This document shows positions 40,854 through 56,300 of a stretch of 64,000 bases of DNA, piece by piece (the first letter of the stretch is position 1; every line of letters starts with the position of its first letter). This DNA comes from Eledone cirrhosa (taxonomy: Eukaryota): contig OZ024741.1 of assembly GCA_964016885.1 (NCBI GenBank), positions 254,944,001-255,008,000 of the forward strand. Reading direction: 5' to 3'. The translations under genes and the position numbers were made by a program. The notes under the pieces were generated by a model. It was not told where the DNA came from. It saw nothing but the letters and a program-made list of their open reading frames with translations, and ran no database searches.

Positions 40854-43800
40854 GACTTACGAGTGTTCTGACTTACGAGTGTTTTGACTTACGAGTGTTC
40901 TGACTTACGAGTGTTCCGAATAACGAGTGTTCCGACTTACGAGTGTTTCGGCTTACGAGTGTTTCCGGCTTACGAGTGTTTCGACTTCCGAGTGTTTTGA
41001 CTTACGGTGTTTCGGCTTACGAGTGATTCGACTTACGAGTGTTTTGAATTACGGGTGATTTGACTTACGGGTGTTGTGAATTACGAGTGTTCCGATTTAC
41101 GAGTGTTTTGACTTACGGTCTTTCGGCTTACGAGTGATTCGACTTACGAATGTTTTGACTTACGGGTGTTTCGGCTTGCGAGTGTTTCGACTTACGAGTG
41201 TTTCGGCTTATGGGTGTTTCGACTTACTAATGTTTTTACTTACGAGTGTTTCGGCGTACGAGTGTTTTGATTTACGAGTGTTTCGACTTACGAGTGTTTC
41301 GACTTACGAGTGTTTCGACTTACGTGAGTTTCGACTTAAGAGTGTTCTGATTTACGAGTGTTCTGACTTACGGGTGTTCTGATTTACGAGTGTTCCGACT
41401 TACGAGTGTTTCGGCTTATGAGTGTTTCGACTTACGAGTGTTTCGGCTTACGAGTGTTTCGACTTATGGGTGTTTCGACTTACGAGTGTTTTTACTTACG
41501 GTGTTTCGGCTTACGAGTGTTTCGACTTCCGAGTGTTTTGACTTACGGTGTTTCGGCTTACGAGTGATTCGACTTACGAGAGTTTTGACTTACGGGTGTT
41601 TTGACTTACGGGTGTTGTGAATTACGAGTGTTCCGATTTACGAGTGTTTTGACTTACGGTGTTTCGGCTTACGAGTGATTCGACTTACGAATGTTTTGAC
41701 TTACGGGTGTTTCGGCTTGCGAGTGTTTCGACTTACGAGTGTTTCGGCTTATAAGTGTTTCGACTTACTAATGTTTTTACTTACGAGTGTTTCGGCGTAC
41801 GAGTGTTTTGACTTACGAGTGTTTCGATTTACGAGTGTTTCGGCTTGCGAGTGTTTCGACTTACTAATGTTTTTACTTACGAGTGTTTCGGCGTACGAGT
41901 GTTTTGACTTACGAGTGTTTCGACTTACGAGTGTTTCGACTTACGAGTGTTTCGACTTACGAGTGTTTCGGCTTACGTGAGTTTCGACTTAAGAGTGTTC
42001 TGATTTACGAGTGTTCTGACTTGCGGGTGTTCTGATTTACGAGTGTTCCGACTTACGAGTGTTTCGGCTTATGAGTGTTTCGACTTACGAGTGTTTCGGC
42101 TTACGAGTGTTTCGACTTATGGGTGTTTCGACTTACGAGTGTTTTTACTTACGGTGTTTCGGCTTACGAGTGTTTCGACATACGAGTGTTTTGACTTACG
42201 GGTGTTTCGACTTACGAGTGTTTTGACTTACGAATGTTTTGACTTACGGGTGTTTCGGCTTACGAGTGTTTCGACTTACGAGTGTTTCGGCTTACGAGTG
42301 TTTCGACTTACTAATGTTCTTACTTACGAGTGTTTCGGCGTACGAGAGTTTTGACTTACGAGTGTTTCGACTTACGAGTGTTTCGACTTACGAGTGTTTT
42401 GACTTACGAATGTTTTGACTTACGGGTGTTTCGGCTTACGAGTGTTTCGACTTACGAGTCTTTCGGCTTACGAGTGTTTCGACTTACTAATATTTTTACT
42501 TACGAGTGTTTCGGCGTACGAGTGTTTCGACTTACGAGTGTTTCGACTTACGGGTGTTTTGACTTACGGGTGTTTCGGCTTACGAGTGTTTTGACTTACG
42601 AGTGTTTTGACTTAAGGGTGTTTCAACATACGAATATTTTTGGCTTACGAGTGTTTCGACTTACGAGTGTTTTGACTTACGAGTGTTCTGATTTACGGAT
42701 GTTTCGACATACGAGTGTTTCGACTTACGAGTGTTTCGACTTATGAGTGTTTCGACTTACGAGTGTTTCGGCTTATGAGTGTTTCGACTTACGAGTATTT
42801 CGGCTTACGAGTGTTTCGACGTACGAATGTTTTGGCTTACGAGTGTTTCGGCTTATGAGTGTTTCGGCTTACGAGTGTTTCAACTTACGAGTGTTTCGGC
42901 TTACGAGTGTTTCAGTGTTTCGGCTTACGTGTGTTTCGACTTACGAGTGTTTCGACTTACGACTGTTTCGGCTTACGAGTGTTTCGGCTTACGAGTGTTT
43001 CGGCTTACGAGTGTTTTGACTTACGTGTGTTTTGACTTACGATTGTTTGGCTTACGAGTCTTCTGACTTACGTGTGTTCTGACTTTCGAGTGTTCCGACT
43101 TACGAGTGTTTCGGCTTATGAGGGTTTCGACTTACAAGTGCTTCGGCTTACGAGTGTTTCGACTTACGAGCGTTTCGGCTTACGAGTGTTTCGACTTACG
43201 AGTGTTTCGACTTACGAGTGTTTTGACTTACGGTGTTTCGGCTTACGAGTGTTTCGACATACGAGTGTTTTGACGTACGGATGTTTCGACTTACGGGTCT
43301 TTCGACTTAAGAGTGTTTCGACTTACGAGCGCTTCGACTTACGAGTGTTTCGACTTACGAGTGTTTCGGCGTATGAGTGTTTTGACTTACGAGTGTTTCG
43401 ACTTACGAGTGTTTCGACTTACGAGTGTTTCGAATTACGAGTGTTTCGACTTACGAGTGTTTTGACTTACGAGTGTTTTGACTTACGGTGTTTCTGCTTA
43501 CGAGTGTTTCGACTTACGAGTGTTATGACTTACGGGTGTTTTGACATACGAGTGTTTCGACTTACGAGTGTTTTGACTTACGGGTGTTTTGACATACGAG
43601 TGTTTCGATACGAGTGTTCTGACTTACGAGTGTTCTGACTTACAAGTGTTCTGACTTACGATTGTTTCGACATACGAGTGTTTCGACTTACTAATGTTTT
43701 TACTTACGAGTGTTTCGGCGTACGAGAGTTTTGACTTACGAGTGTTTCGACTTACGAGTGTTTCGACTTACGAGTATTTTGACTTACGAATGTTTTGACT

Positions 43801-46800
43801 TACGGGTGTTTCGGCTTACGAGTGTTTCGACTTACGAGTGTTTCGGCTTACGAGTGTTTCGACTTACTAATGTTTTTACTTACGAGTGTTTCGGCGTACG
43901 AGTGTTTCGACTTCCGAGTGTTTCGACTTACGGGTGTTTTGACTTTCGGGTGTTTCGGCTTACGAGTGTTTTGACTTACGAGTGTTTTGACTTAAGGGTG
44001 TTTCGACTTACGAGTATTTTTGGCTTACGAGTGTTTCGATTTACGAGTGTTTTGACTTACGAATGTTCTGATTTAAGGATGTTTCGACATACGAGTGTTT
44101 CGACATACGAGTGTTTCGACTTATGAGTGTTTCGACTTACGAGTGTTTCGACTTACGAGTGTTTCGGCTTATGATTGTTTCGACTTACGAGTGTTTTGAC
44201 TTACGGTGTTTCAGCTTACGAGTGTTTCGACTTACGAGTGTTTTGACTTACGGGTGTTTTGACATACGAGTGTTTCGATACGAGTGTTCTGACTTACGAG
44301 TGTTCTGACTTACGAGTGTTCCGACTTACGAGTGTTCCGACTTACGAGTGTTTCGGCTTACGAGTGTTTCCGGCTTACGAGTGTTTCGACTTACGAGTGT
44401 TTTGACTTACGGTGTTTCGGCTTACGAGTGATTCGACTTACGAGTGTTTTGACTTACGGGTGTTTTGACTTACGGGTGTTGTGAATTACGAGTGTTCCGA
44501 TTTACGAGTGTTTTGACTTACGGTGTTTCGGCTTACGAGTGATTCGACTTACGAATGTTTTGACTTACGGGTGTTTCGGCTTGCGAGTGTTTCGACTTAC
44601 GAGTGTTTCGGCTTATGAGTGTTTCGACTTACTAATGTTTTTACTTACGAGTGTTCTGACTTACGAGTGTTCCGACTTACGAGTGTTCCGACTTACGAGT
44701 GTTTCGGCTTACGAGTGTTTCCGGCTTACGAGTGTTTCGACTTACGAGTGTTTCGACTTACGAGTGTTTTGACTTACGGTGTTTCGACTTACGAGTGATT
44801 CGACTTACGAGTGGTTTGACTTACGGGTGTTTTGACTTACGGGTGTTGTGAATTACGAGTGTTCCGATTTACGAGTGTTTTGACTTACGGTGTTTCGGCT
44901 TACGAGTGATTCGACTTACGAATGTTTTGACTTACGGGTGTTTCGGCTTGCTAGTGTTTCGACTTACGAGTGTTTCGGCTTATGAGTGTTTCGACTTACT
45001 ACTGTTTTTACTTACGAGTGTTTCGGCGTACGAGTGTTTTGACTTACGAGTGTTTCGAATTACGAGTGTTTTGACTTACGAATGTTTTGACATACGGGTG
45101 TTTCGACTTACGAGTGTTTCGACTTACGAGTGTTTCGGCTTGCGAGTGTTTCGACTTACTAATGTTTTTACTTACGAGTTTTTCGGCGTACGAGTGTTTC
45201 GACTTACGAGTGTTTCGACTTACGGGTGTTTTGACTTAAGGGTGTTTCGACTTACAAGTGCTTCGACATACGAGTGTTTCGACTTACGAGTGTTTCGACT
45301 TACGAGTGTTTTGACTTACGGGTGTTTTGACATACGAGTGTTTCGATACGAGTGTTTCGACTTACGAGTGTTCTGACTTACGAGTGTTCTGACTTACGAG
45401 TGTTCTGATTTACGAGTGGTCCGACTTACGAGTGTTTCGGCTAACGAGTGTTTCGTCTTACGAGTGTTTCGACTTACGGGTGTTTTGACATACGAGTGTT
45501 TCGATACGAGTGTTTCGACTTACGAGTGTTCTGACTTACGAGTGTTCTGACTTACGAGTGTTCTGATTTACGAGTGTTCCGACTTACGAGTGTTTCGGCT
45601 TACGAGTGTTTCGGCTTACGAGTGTTTCGACTTACGAGTGTTTCGACTTACGAGTGTTCCGACTTACGGGTGTTTCGACTTACGAGTGGTTTGGCTTACG
45701 GTGTTTCGGCTTACGAGTGTTTCGAGTTACGAGTGTTTTGACTTACGCGTGTTTTGACATACGAGTGTTTCGATACGAGTGTTCTGACTTACGAGTGTTC
45801 TGACTTACGAGTGTTCTGACTTACGAGTGTTCCGACTTTACGAGTGTTTCGGCTCACGAGTGTTTCGGCTTACGAGTGATTCGACTTACGAGTGTTTTGA
45901 CTTACGGGTGTTTCGGCTTGCGAGTGTTTCGACTTACGAGTGTTTCGGCTTATGAGTGTTTCGACTTACTAATGTTTTTACTTACGAGTGTTTCGGCGTT
46001 CGAGTGTTTTGACTTACGAGTGTTTCGACTTACGAGTGTTTCGACTTACGAGTGTTTTGACTTACGAATGTTTTGACTTACGGGTGTTTCGGCTTACGAG
46101 TGTTTCGACTTACGAGTCTTTCGGCTTACGAGTGTTTCGACTTACTAATGTTTTTACTTACGAGTGTTTCGGTGTACGAGTGTTTCGACTTACGGGTGTT
46201 TCGACTTACGGGTGTTTTGACTTACGGGTGTTTCGGCTAACGAGTGTTTTGACTTACGAGTGTTTTGACTTAAGGGTGTTTCGACTTACGAGTATTTTTG
46301 GCTTACGAGTGTTTCGACTTACGAGTGTTTTGACTTACGAGTGTTCTGATTTACGGATGTTTCGACATACGAGTGTTTCGACTTACGAGTGTTTCGACTA
46401 TGAGTGTTTCGACTTACGAGTGTTTCGACTTACGAGTGTTTCGGCTTACGAGTGTTTCGACTTACTAATGTTCTTACTTACGAGTGTTTCGGCGTACGAG
46501 AGTTTTGACTTACGAGTGTTTCGACTTACGAGTGTTTCGACTTACGAGTGTTTTGACTTACGAAAGTTTTGACTTACGGGTGTTTCGGCTTACGAGTGTT
46601 TCGACTTACGAGTCTTTCGGCTTACGAGTGTTTCGGCGTACGAGTGTTTCGACTTACGAGTGTTTCGACTTACGAGTGTTTTGACTTACGGGTGTTTTGA
46701 CATACGAGTGTTTCGATACGAGTGTTTCGACTTACGAGTGTTCTGACTTACGAGTGTTCTGACTTACGAGTGTTCTGACTTACGAGTGTTCTGATTTACG

Positions 46801-47061
46801 AGTGTTCCGACTTACGAGTGTTTCAGCTTACGAGTGTTTCGGCTTACGAGTGTTTCGACTTACGGGTGTTTTGACTTACGGATGTTTCGGCTTACGAGTG
46901 TTTCGGCTTATGATTGTTTCGACTTACGAGTGTTTTGACTTACGGTGTTTCAGCTTGCGAGTGTTTCGACTTACGAGTGATTTGACTTACGGGTCGTTTG
47001 ACATACGAGTGTTTCGATACGAGTGTTCTGACTTACGAGTGTTCTGACTTACGAGTGTTTT
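40854..47061. repeat. Block B, copy 2
   Basis: ORFs identical to copy 1 at offset 16,023 (25111/41134, 27049/43072, 29965/45988, 30779/46802). Confidence 0.92.
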
Positions 47062-50000
47062 GACTTACGAGTGTTCTGACTTACGAGTGTTCCGACTTAC
47101 GAGTGTTCCGACTTACGAGTGTTTCGGCTTACGAGTGTTTCCGGCTTACGAGTGTTTCGACTTACGAGTGTTTTGACCTACGGTGTTTCGGCTTACGAGT
47201 GATTCGACTTACGAGTGTTTTGACTTACGGGTGTTTTGACTTACGGGTGTTGTGAATTACGAGTGTTCCGATTTACGAGTGTTTTGACTTACGGTGTTTC
47301 GGCTTACGAGTGATTCGACTTACGAATGTTTTGACTTACGGGTGTTTCGGCTTGCGAGTGTTTCGACTTACGAATGTTTCGGCTTATGAGTGTTTCGACT
47401 TACTAATGTTTTTACTTACGAGTGTTCTGACTTACGAGTGTTCCGACTTACGAGTGTTCCGACTTACGAGTGTTTCGGCTTACGAGTGTTTCCGGCTTAC
47501 GAGTGTTTCGACTTACGAGTGTTTCGACTTACGAGTGTTTTGACTTACGGTGTTTCGACTTACGAGTGATTCGACTTACGGGTGTTTTGACTTTCGGGTG
47601 TTTCGGCTTACGAGTGTTTTGACTTAAGGGTTTCGACTTACGAGTATTTTTGGCTTACGAGTGTTTCGACTTACGAGTGTTTTGACTTACGAGTGTTCTG
47701 ATTTAATGATGTTTCGACATACGAGTGTTTCGACTTACGAGTGTTTCGACTTATGAGTGTCTCGACTTACGAGTGTTTCGACTTACGAGTGTTTCGGCTT
47801 ATGATTGTTTCGACTTACGAGTGTTTTGACTTACGGGTGTTTTGACATACGAGTGTTTCGATACGAGTGTTCTGACTTACGAGTGTTCTGACTTACGAGT
47901 GTTCCGACTTACGAGTGTTCCGACTTACGAGTGTTTCGGCTTACGAGTGTTTCCGGCTTACGAGTGTTTCGACTTACGAGTGTTTTGACTTACGGTGTTT
48001 CGGCTTACGAGTGATTCGACTTACGAGTGTTTTGACTTACGGGTGTTTTGACTTACGGGTGTTGTGAATTACGAGTGTTCCGATTTACGAGTGTTTTGAC
48101 TTACGGTGTTTCGGCTTACGAGTGATTCGACTTACGAATGTTTTGACTTACGGGTGTTTCGGCTTGCGAGTGTTTCGGCTTGCGGGTGTTTCGACTTACT
48201 AATGTTTTTACTTACGAGTTTTTCGGCGTACGAGTGTTTCGACTTACGAGTGTTTCGACTTACGGGTGTTTTGACTTAAGGGTGTTTCGACTTACAAGTG
48301 TTTCGACATACGAGTGTTCTGACTTACGAGTGTTCTGACTTACGAGTGTTCTGATTTACGAGTGTTCCGAATTACGAGTGTTTCGGCTAACGAGTGTTTC
48401 GGCTTACGAGTGTTTCGACTTACGGGTGTTTTGACATACGAGTGTTTCGATACGAGTGTTTCGACTTACGAGTGTTCTGACTTACGAGTGTTCTGACTTA
48501 CGAGTGTTCTGATTTACGAGTGTTCCGACTTACGAGTGTTTCGGCTTACGAGTGTTTCGGCTTACGAGTGTTTCGACTTACGAGTGTTTCGACTTACGAG
48601 TGTTCCGACTTACGGGTGTTTCGACTTACGAGTGGTTTGGCTTACGGTGTTTCGGCTTACGAGTGTTTCGAGTTACGAGTGTTTTGACTTACGCGTGTTT
48701 TGACATACGAGTGTTTCGATACGAGTGTTCTGACTTACGAGTGTTCTGACTTACGAGTGTTCTGACTTACGAGTGTTCCGACTTTACGAGTGTTTCGGCT
48801 CACGAGTGTTTCGGCTTACGAGTGATTCGACTTACGAGTGTTTTGACTTACGGGTGTTTTGTCTTACGGGTGATGTGAATTACCAGTGTTCCGATTTACG
48901 AGTGTTTTGACTTACGGTGTTTCGGCTTGCGAGTGTTTCGACTTACGAGTGTTTCGGCTTATGAGTGTTTCGACTTACTAATGTTTTTACTTACGAGTGT
49001 TTCGGCGTTCGAGTGTTTTAACTTACGAGTGTTTCGACTTACGAGTGTTTTGACTTACGAATGTTTTGACTTACGGGTGTTTCGGCTTACGGGTGTTTCG
49101 ACTTACGAGTGTTTCGACTTATGAGTGTTTCGACTTACGAGTGTTCTGACTTACGAGTGTTCCGACTTACGAGTGTTTCGGTTTACGAGTGTTTCGACAT
49201 ACGAGTGTTTTGACTTACGGGCGTTTCGACTTACGGGTGTTTCGACTTACGAGTGTTTCGGCTTACGAGTGTTTCGACTTACTAATGTTTTTACTTACGA
49301 GTGTTTCGGTGTACGAATGTTTTGACTTAAGGATGTTTCGACTTACGAGTGTTTCGACTTACGAGTGTTTCGGCTTACGTGAGTTTCGACTTAAGAGTGT
49401 TCTGATTTACGAGTGTTCTGACTTGCGGGTGTTCTGATTTACGAGTGTTCCGACTTACGAATGTTTCGGCTTACGAGTGTTTCGACATACGAGTGTTTTG
49501 ACTTACGGGTGTTTCGACTTACGAGTGTTTTGACTTACGAATGTTTTGACTTACGGGTGATTCGGCTTACGAGTGTTTCGACTTACGAGTGTTTCGGCTT
49601 ACGAGTGTTTTGACTTACGAGTGTTCTGATTTACGGATGTTTCGACATACGAGTGTTTCGACTTACGAGTGTTTCGACTTATGAGTGTTTCGACTTACGA
49701 GTGTTTCGGCTTACGAGTGTTTCGACTTACGAGTGTTTTGACTTACGGTGTTTCGGCTTACGAGTGTTCCGACTTACGAGTGTTTTGACCTACGGGTGTT
49801 TTGACATACGAGTGTTTCGATACGAGTGTTCTGACTTACGAGTGTTCTGACTTACGAGTGTTCCGACTTACGAGTGTTCCGACTTACGAGTGTTTCGGCT
49901 TACGAGTGTTTCCGGCTTACGAGTGTTTCGACTTACGAGTGTTTTGACCTACGGTGTTTCGGCTTACGAGTGATTCGACTTACGAGTGTTTTGACTTACG

Positions 50001-53000
50001 GGTGTTTTGACTTACGGGTGTTGTGAATTACGAGTGTTCCGATTTACGAGTGTTTTGACTTACGGTGTTTCGGCTTACGAGTGATTCGACTTACGAATGT
50101 TTTGACTTACGGGTGTTTCGGCTTGCGAGTGTTTCGACTTACGAATGTTTCGGCTTATGAGTGTTTCGACTTACTAATGTTTTTACTTACGAGTGTTCTG
50201 ACTTACGAGTGTTCCGACTTACGAGTGTTCCGACTTACGAGTGTTTCGGCTTACGAGTGTTTCCGGCTTACGAGTGTTTCGACTTACGAGTGTTTCGACT
50301 TACGAGTGTTTTGACTTACAGTGTTTCGACTTACGAGTGATTCGACTTACGGGTGTTTTGACTTTCGGGTGTTTCGGCTTACGAGTGTTTTGACTTAAGG
50401 GTGTTTCGACTTACGAGTATTTTTGGCTTACGAGTGTTTCGACTTACGAGTGTTTTGACTTACGAGTGTTCTGATTTAAGGATGTTTCGACATACGAGTG
50501 TTTCGACTTACGAGTGTTTCGACTTATGAGTGTCTCGACTTACGAGTGTTTCGACTTACGAGTGTTTCGGCTTATGATTGTTTCGACTTACGAGTGTTTT
50601 GACTTACGGTGTTTCAGCTTACGAGTGTTTCGACTTACGAGTGTTTTGACTTACGGGTGTTTTGACATACGAGTGTTTCGATACGAGTGTTCTGACTTAC
50701 GAGTGTTCTGACTTACGAGTGTTCCGACTTACGAGTGTTCCGACTTACGAGTGTTTCGGCTTACGAGTGTTTCCGGCTTACGAGTGTTTCGACTTACGAG
50801 TGTTTTGACTTACGGTGTTTCGGCTTACGAGTGATTCGACTTACGAGTGTTTTGACTTACGGGTGTTTTGACTTACGGGTGTTGTGAATTACGAGTGTTC
50901 CGATTTACGAGTGTTTTGACTTACGGTGTTTCGGCTTACGAGTGATTCGACTTACGAATGTTTTGACTTACGGGTGTTTCGGCTTGCGAGTGTTTCGACT
51001 TACGAGTGTTTCGGCTTATGAGTGTTTCGACTTACTAATGTTTTTACTTACGAGTGTTCTGACTTACGAGTGTTCCGACTTACGAGTGTTCCGACTTACG
51101 AGTGTTTCGGCTTACGAGTGTTTCCGGCTTACGAGTGTTTCGACTTACGAGTGTTTCGACTTACGAGTGTTTTGACTTACGGTGTTTCGACTTACGAGTG
51201 ATTCGACTTACGAGTGGTTTGACTTACGGGTGTTTTGACTTACGGGTGTTGTGAATTACGAGTGTTCCGATTTACGAGTGTTTTGACTTACGGTGTTTCG
51301 GCTTACGAGTGATTCGACATACGAGTGTTTCGATACGAGTGTTTCGACTTACGAGTATTTCGGCTTGCGGGTGTTTCGACTTACTAATGTATTTACTTAC
51401 GAGTTTTTCGGCGTACGAGTGTTTCGACTTACGAGTGTTTCGACTTACGGGTGTTTTGACTTAAGGGTGTTTCGACTTACAAGTGTTTCGACATACGAGT
51501 GTTCTGACTTACGAGTGTTCTGACTTACGAGTGTTCTGATTTACGAGTGTTCCGACTTACGAGTGTTTCGGCTAACGAGTGTTTCGGCTTACGAGTGTTT
51601 CGACTTACGGGTGTTTTGACATACGAGTGTTTCGATACGAGTGTTTCGACTTACGAGTGTTCTGACTTACGAGTGTTCTGACTTACGAGTGTTCTGATTT
51701 ACGAGTGTTCCGACTTACGAGTGTTTCGGCTTACGAGTGTTTCGGCTTACGAGTGTTTCGACTTACGAGTGTTTCGACTTACGAGTGTTCCGACTTACGG
51801 GTGTTTCGACTTACGAGTGGTTTGGCTTACGGTGTTTCGGCTTACGAGTGTTTCGAGTTACGAGTGTTTTGACTTACGCGTGTTTTGACATACGAGTGTT
51901 TCGATACGAGTGTTCTGACTTACGAGTGTTCTGACTTACGAGTGTTCTGACTTACGAGTGTTCCGACTTTACGAGTGTTTCGGCTTACGAGTGATTCGAC
52001 TTACGAGTGTTTTGACTTACGGGTGTTTTGACTTACGGGTGATGTGAATTACCAGTGTTCCGATTTACGAGTGTTTTGACTTACGGTGTTTCGGCTTGCG
52101 AGTGTTTCGACTTACGAGTGTTTCGGCTTATGAGTGTTTCGACTTACTAATGTTTTTACTTACGAGTGTTTCGGCGTTCGAGTGTTTTGACTTACGAGTG
52201 TTTCGACTTACGAGTGTTTTGACTTACGAATGTTTTGACTTACGGGTGTTTCGGCTTACGGGTGTTTCGACTTACGAGTGTTTCGACTTATGAGTGTTTC
52301 GACTTACGAGTGTTCTGACTTACGAGTGTTCCGACTTACGAGTGTTTCGGTTTACGAGTGTTTCGACATACGAGTGTTTTGACTTACGGGCGTTTCGACT
52401 TACGGGTGTTTCGACTTACGAGTGTTTCGGCTTACGAGTGTTTCGACTTACTAATGTTTTTACTTACGAGTGTTTCGGTGTACGAATGTTTTGACTTAAG
52501 GATGTTTCGACTTACGAGTGTTTCGACTTACGAGTGTTTCGGCTTACGTGAGTTTCGACTTAAGAGTGTTCTGATTTACGAGTGTTCTGACTTGCGGGTG
52601 TTCTGATTTACGAGTGTTCCGACTTACGAATGTTTCGGCTTACGAGTGTTTCGACATACGAGTGTTTTGACTTACGGGTGTTTCGACTTACGAGTGTTTT
52701 GACTTACGAATGTTTTGACTTACGGGTGATTCGGCTTACGAGTGTTTCGACTTACGAGTGTTTCGGCTTACGAGTGTTTCGACTTACTAATGTTTTTACT
52801 TACGAGTGTTTCGGCGTACGAGAGTTATGACTTACGAGTGTTTCGACTTACGAGTGTTTTGACTTACGAATGTTTTGACTTACGGGTGTTTCGGCTTATG
52901 AGTGTTTCGACTTACGAGTCTTTCGGCTTACGAGTGTTTCGACTTACTAATGTTTTTACTTACGAGTGTTTCGGCGTACGAGTGTTTCGAATTACGAGTG

Positions 53001-53354
53001 TTTCGACTTACGGGTGTTTTGACTTACGGGTGTTTCGGCTTACGAGTGTTTCGACTTACGAGTATTTTGACTTAAGGGTGTTTCGACTTACGAGTATTTT
53101 TGGCTTACGAGTGTTTCGACTTACGAGTGTTTTGACTTACGAGTGTTCTGATTTACGGATGTTTCGACATACGAGTGTTTCGACTTACGAGTGTTTCGAC
53201 TTATGAGTGTTTCGACTTACGAGTGTTTCGGCTTACGAGTGTTTCGACTTACGAGTGTTTTGACTTACGGTGTTTCGGCTTACGAGTGTTCCGACTTACG
53301 AGTGTTTTGACCTACGGGTGTTTTGACATACGAGTGTTTCGATACGAGTGTTCT
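47062..53354. repeat. A' copy 2 (2,771 bp) followed by a single A (3,522 bp)
   Basis: Offset 16,023 to 31287, 32529, 34058 and 37152. The same 2-bp deletion (aagggtttcg) occurs at ~31605 and ~47628. Confidence 0.9.
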
Positions 53355-56300
53355 GACTTACGAGTGTTCTGACTTACGAGTGTTTTGACTTACGAGTGTT
53401 CTGACTTACGAGTGTTCCGAATAACGAGTGTTCCGACTTACGAGTGTTTCGGCTTACGAGTGTTTCCGGCTTACGAGTGTTTCGACTTCCGAGTGTTTTG
53501 ACTTACGGTGTTTCGGCTTACGAGTGATTCGACTTACGAGTGTTTTGAATTACGGGTGATTTGACTTACGGGTGTTGTGAATTACGAGTGTTCCGATTTA
53601 CGAGTGTTTTGACTTACGGTCTTTCGGCTTACGAGTGATTCGACTTACGAATGTTTTGACTTACGGGTGTTTCGGCTTGCGAGTGTTTCGACTTACGAGT
53701 GTTTCGGCTTATGGGTGTTTCGACTTACTAATGTTTTTACTTACGAGTGTTTCGGCGTACGAGTGTTTTGATTTACGAGTGTTTCGACTTACGAGTGTTT
53801 CGACTTACGAGTGTTTCGACTTACGTGAGTTTCGACTTAAGAGTGTTCTGATTTACGAGTGTTCTGACTTACGGGTGTTCTGATTTACGAGTGTTCCGAC
53901 TTACGAGTGTTTCGGCTTATGAGTGTTTCGACTTACGAGTGTTTCGGCTTACGAGTGTTTTGACTTATGGGTGTTTCGACTTACGAGTGTTTTTACTTAC
54001 GGTGTTTCGGCTTACGAGTGTTTCGACTTCCGAGTGTTTTGACTTACGGTGTTTCGGCTTACGAGTGATTCGACTTACGAGAGTTTTGACTTACGGGTGT
54101 TTTGACTTACGGGTGTTGTGAATTACGAGTGTTCCGATTTACGAGTGTTTTGACTTACGGTGTTTCGGCTTACGAGTGATTCGACTTACGAATGTTTTGA
54201 CTTACGGGTGTTTCGGCTTGCGAGTGTTTCGACTTACGAGTGTTTCGGCTTATAAGTGTTTCGACTTACTAATGTTTTTACTTACGAGTGTTTCGGCGTA
54301 CGAGTGTTTTGACTTACGAGTGTTTCGATTTACGAGTGTTTCGGCTTGCGAGTGTTTCGACTTACTAATGTTTTTACTTACGAGTGTTTCGGCGTACGAG
54401 TGTTTTGACTTACGAGTGTTTCGACTTACGAGTGTTTCGACTTACGAGTGTTTCGACTTACGAGTGTTTCGGCTTACGTGAGTTTCGACTTAAGAGTGTT
54501 CTGATTTACGAGTGTTCTGACTTGCGGGTGTTCTGATTTACGAGTGTTCCGACTTACGAGTGTTTCGGCTTATGAGTGTTTCGACTTACGAGTGTTTCGG
54601 CTTACGAGTGTTTCGACTTATGGGTGTTTCGACTTACGAGTGTTTTTACTTACGGTGTTTCGGCTTACGAGTGTTTCGACATACGAGTGTTTTGACTTAC
54701 GGGTGTTTCGACTTACGAGTGTTTTGACTTACGAATGTTTTGACTTACGGGTGTTTCGGCTTACGAGTGTTTCGACTTACGAGTGTTTTGGCTTACGAGT
54801 GTTTCGACTTACTAATGTTCTTACTTACGAGTGTTTCGGCGTACGAGAGTTTTGACTTACGAGTGTTTCGACTTACGAGTGTTTTGACTTACGAGTGTTT
54901 TGACTTACGAATGTTTTGACTTACGGGTGTTTCGGCTTACGAGTGTTTCGACTTACGAGTCTTTCGGCTTACGAGTGTTTCGACTTACTAATATTTTTAC
55001 TTACGAGTGTTTCGGCGTACGAGTGTTTCGACTTACGAGTGTTTCGACTTACGGGTGTTTTGACTTACGGGTGTTTCGGCTTACGAGTGTTTTGACTTAC
55101 GAGTGTTTTGACTTAAGGGTGTTTCAACATACGAGTATTTTTGGCTTACGAGTGTTTCGACTTACGAGTGTTTTGACTTACGAGTGTTCTGATTTACGGA
55201 TGTTTCGACATACGAGTGTTTCGACTTACGAGTGTTTCGACTTATGAGTGTTTCGACTTACGAGTGTTTCGGCTTATGAGTGTTTCGACTTACGAGTATT
55301 TCGGCTTACGAGTGTTTCGACGTACGAATGTTTTGGCTTACGAGTGTTTCGGCTTATGAGTGTTTCGGCTTACGAGTGTTTCGACTTACGAGTGTTTCGG
55401 CTTACGAGTGTTTCAGTGTTTCGGCTTACGTGTGTTTCGACTTACGAGTGTTTCGACTTACGACTGTTTCGGCTTACGAGTGTTTCGGCTTACGAGTGTT
55501 TCGGCTTACGAGTGTTTTGACTTACGTGTGTTTTGACTTACGATTGTTTGGCTTACGAGTCTTCTGACTTACGTGTGTTCTGACTTTCGAGTGTTCCGAC
55601 TTACGAGTGTTTCGGCTTATGAGGGTTTCGACTTACAAGTGCTTCGGCTTACGAGTGTTTCGACTTACGAGCGTTTCGGCTTACGAGTGTTTCGACTTAC
55701 GAGTGTTTCGACTTACGAGTGTTTTGACTTACGGTGTTTCGGCTTACGAGTGTTTCGACATACGAGTGTTTTGACGTACGGATGTTTCGACTTACGGGTC
55801 TTTCGACTTAAGAGTGTTTCGACTTACGAGCGCTTCGACTTACGAGTGTTTCGACTTACGAGTGTTTCGGCGTATGAGTGTTTTGACTTACGAGTGTTTC
55901 GACTTACGAGTGTTTCGACTTACGAGTGTTTCGAATTACGAGTGTTTCGACTTACGAGTGTTTTGACTTACGAGTGTTTTGACTTACGGTGTTTCTGCTT
56001 ACGAGTGTTTCGACTTACGAGTGTTATGACTTACGGGTGTTTTGACATACGAGTGTTTCGACTTACGAGTGTTTTGACTTACGGGTGTTTTGACATACGA
56101 GTGTTTCGATACGAGTGTTCTGACTTACGAGTGTTCTGACTTACAAGTGTTCTGACTTACGATTGTTTCGACATACGAGTGTTTCGACTTACTAATGTTT
56201 TTACTTACGAGTGTTTCGGCGTACGAGAGTTTTGACTTACGAGTGTTTCGACTTACGAGTGTTTCGACTTACGAGTATTTTGACTTACGAATGTTTTGAC

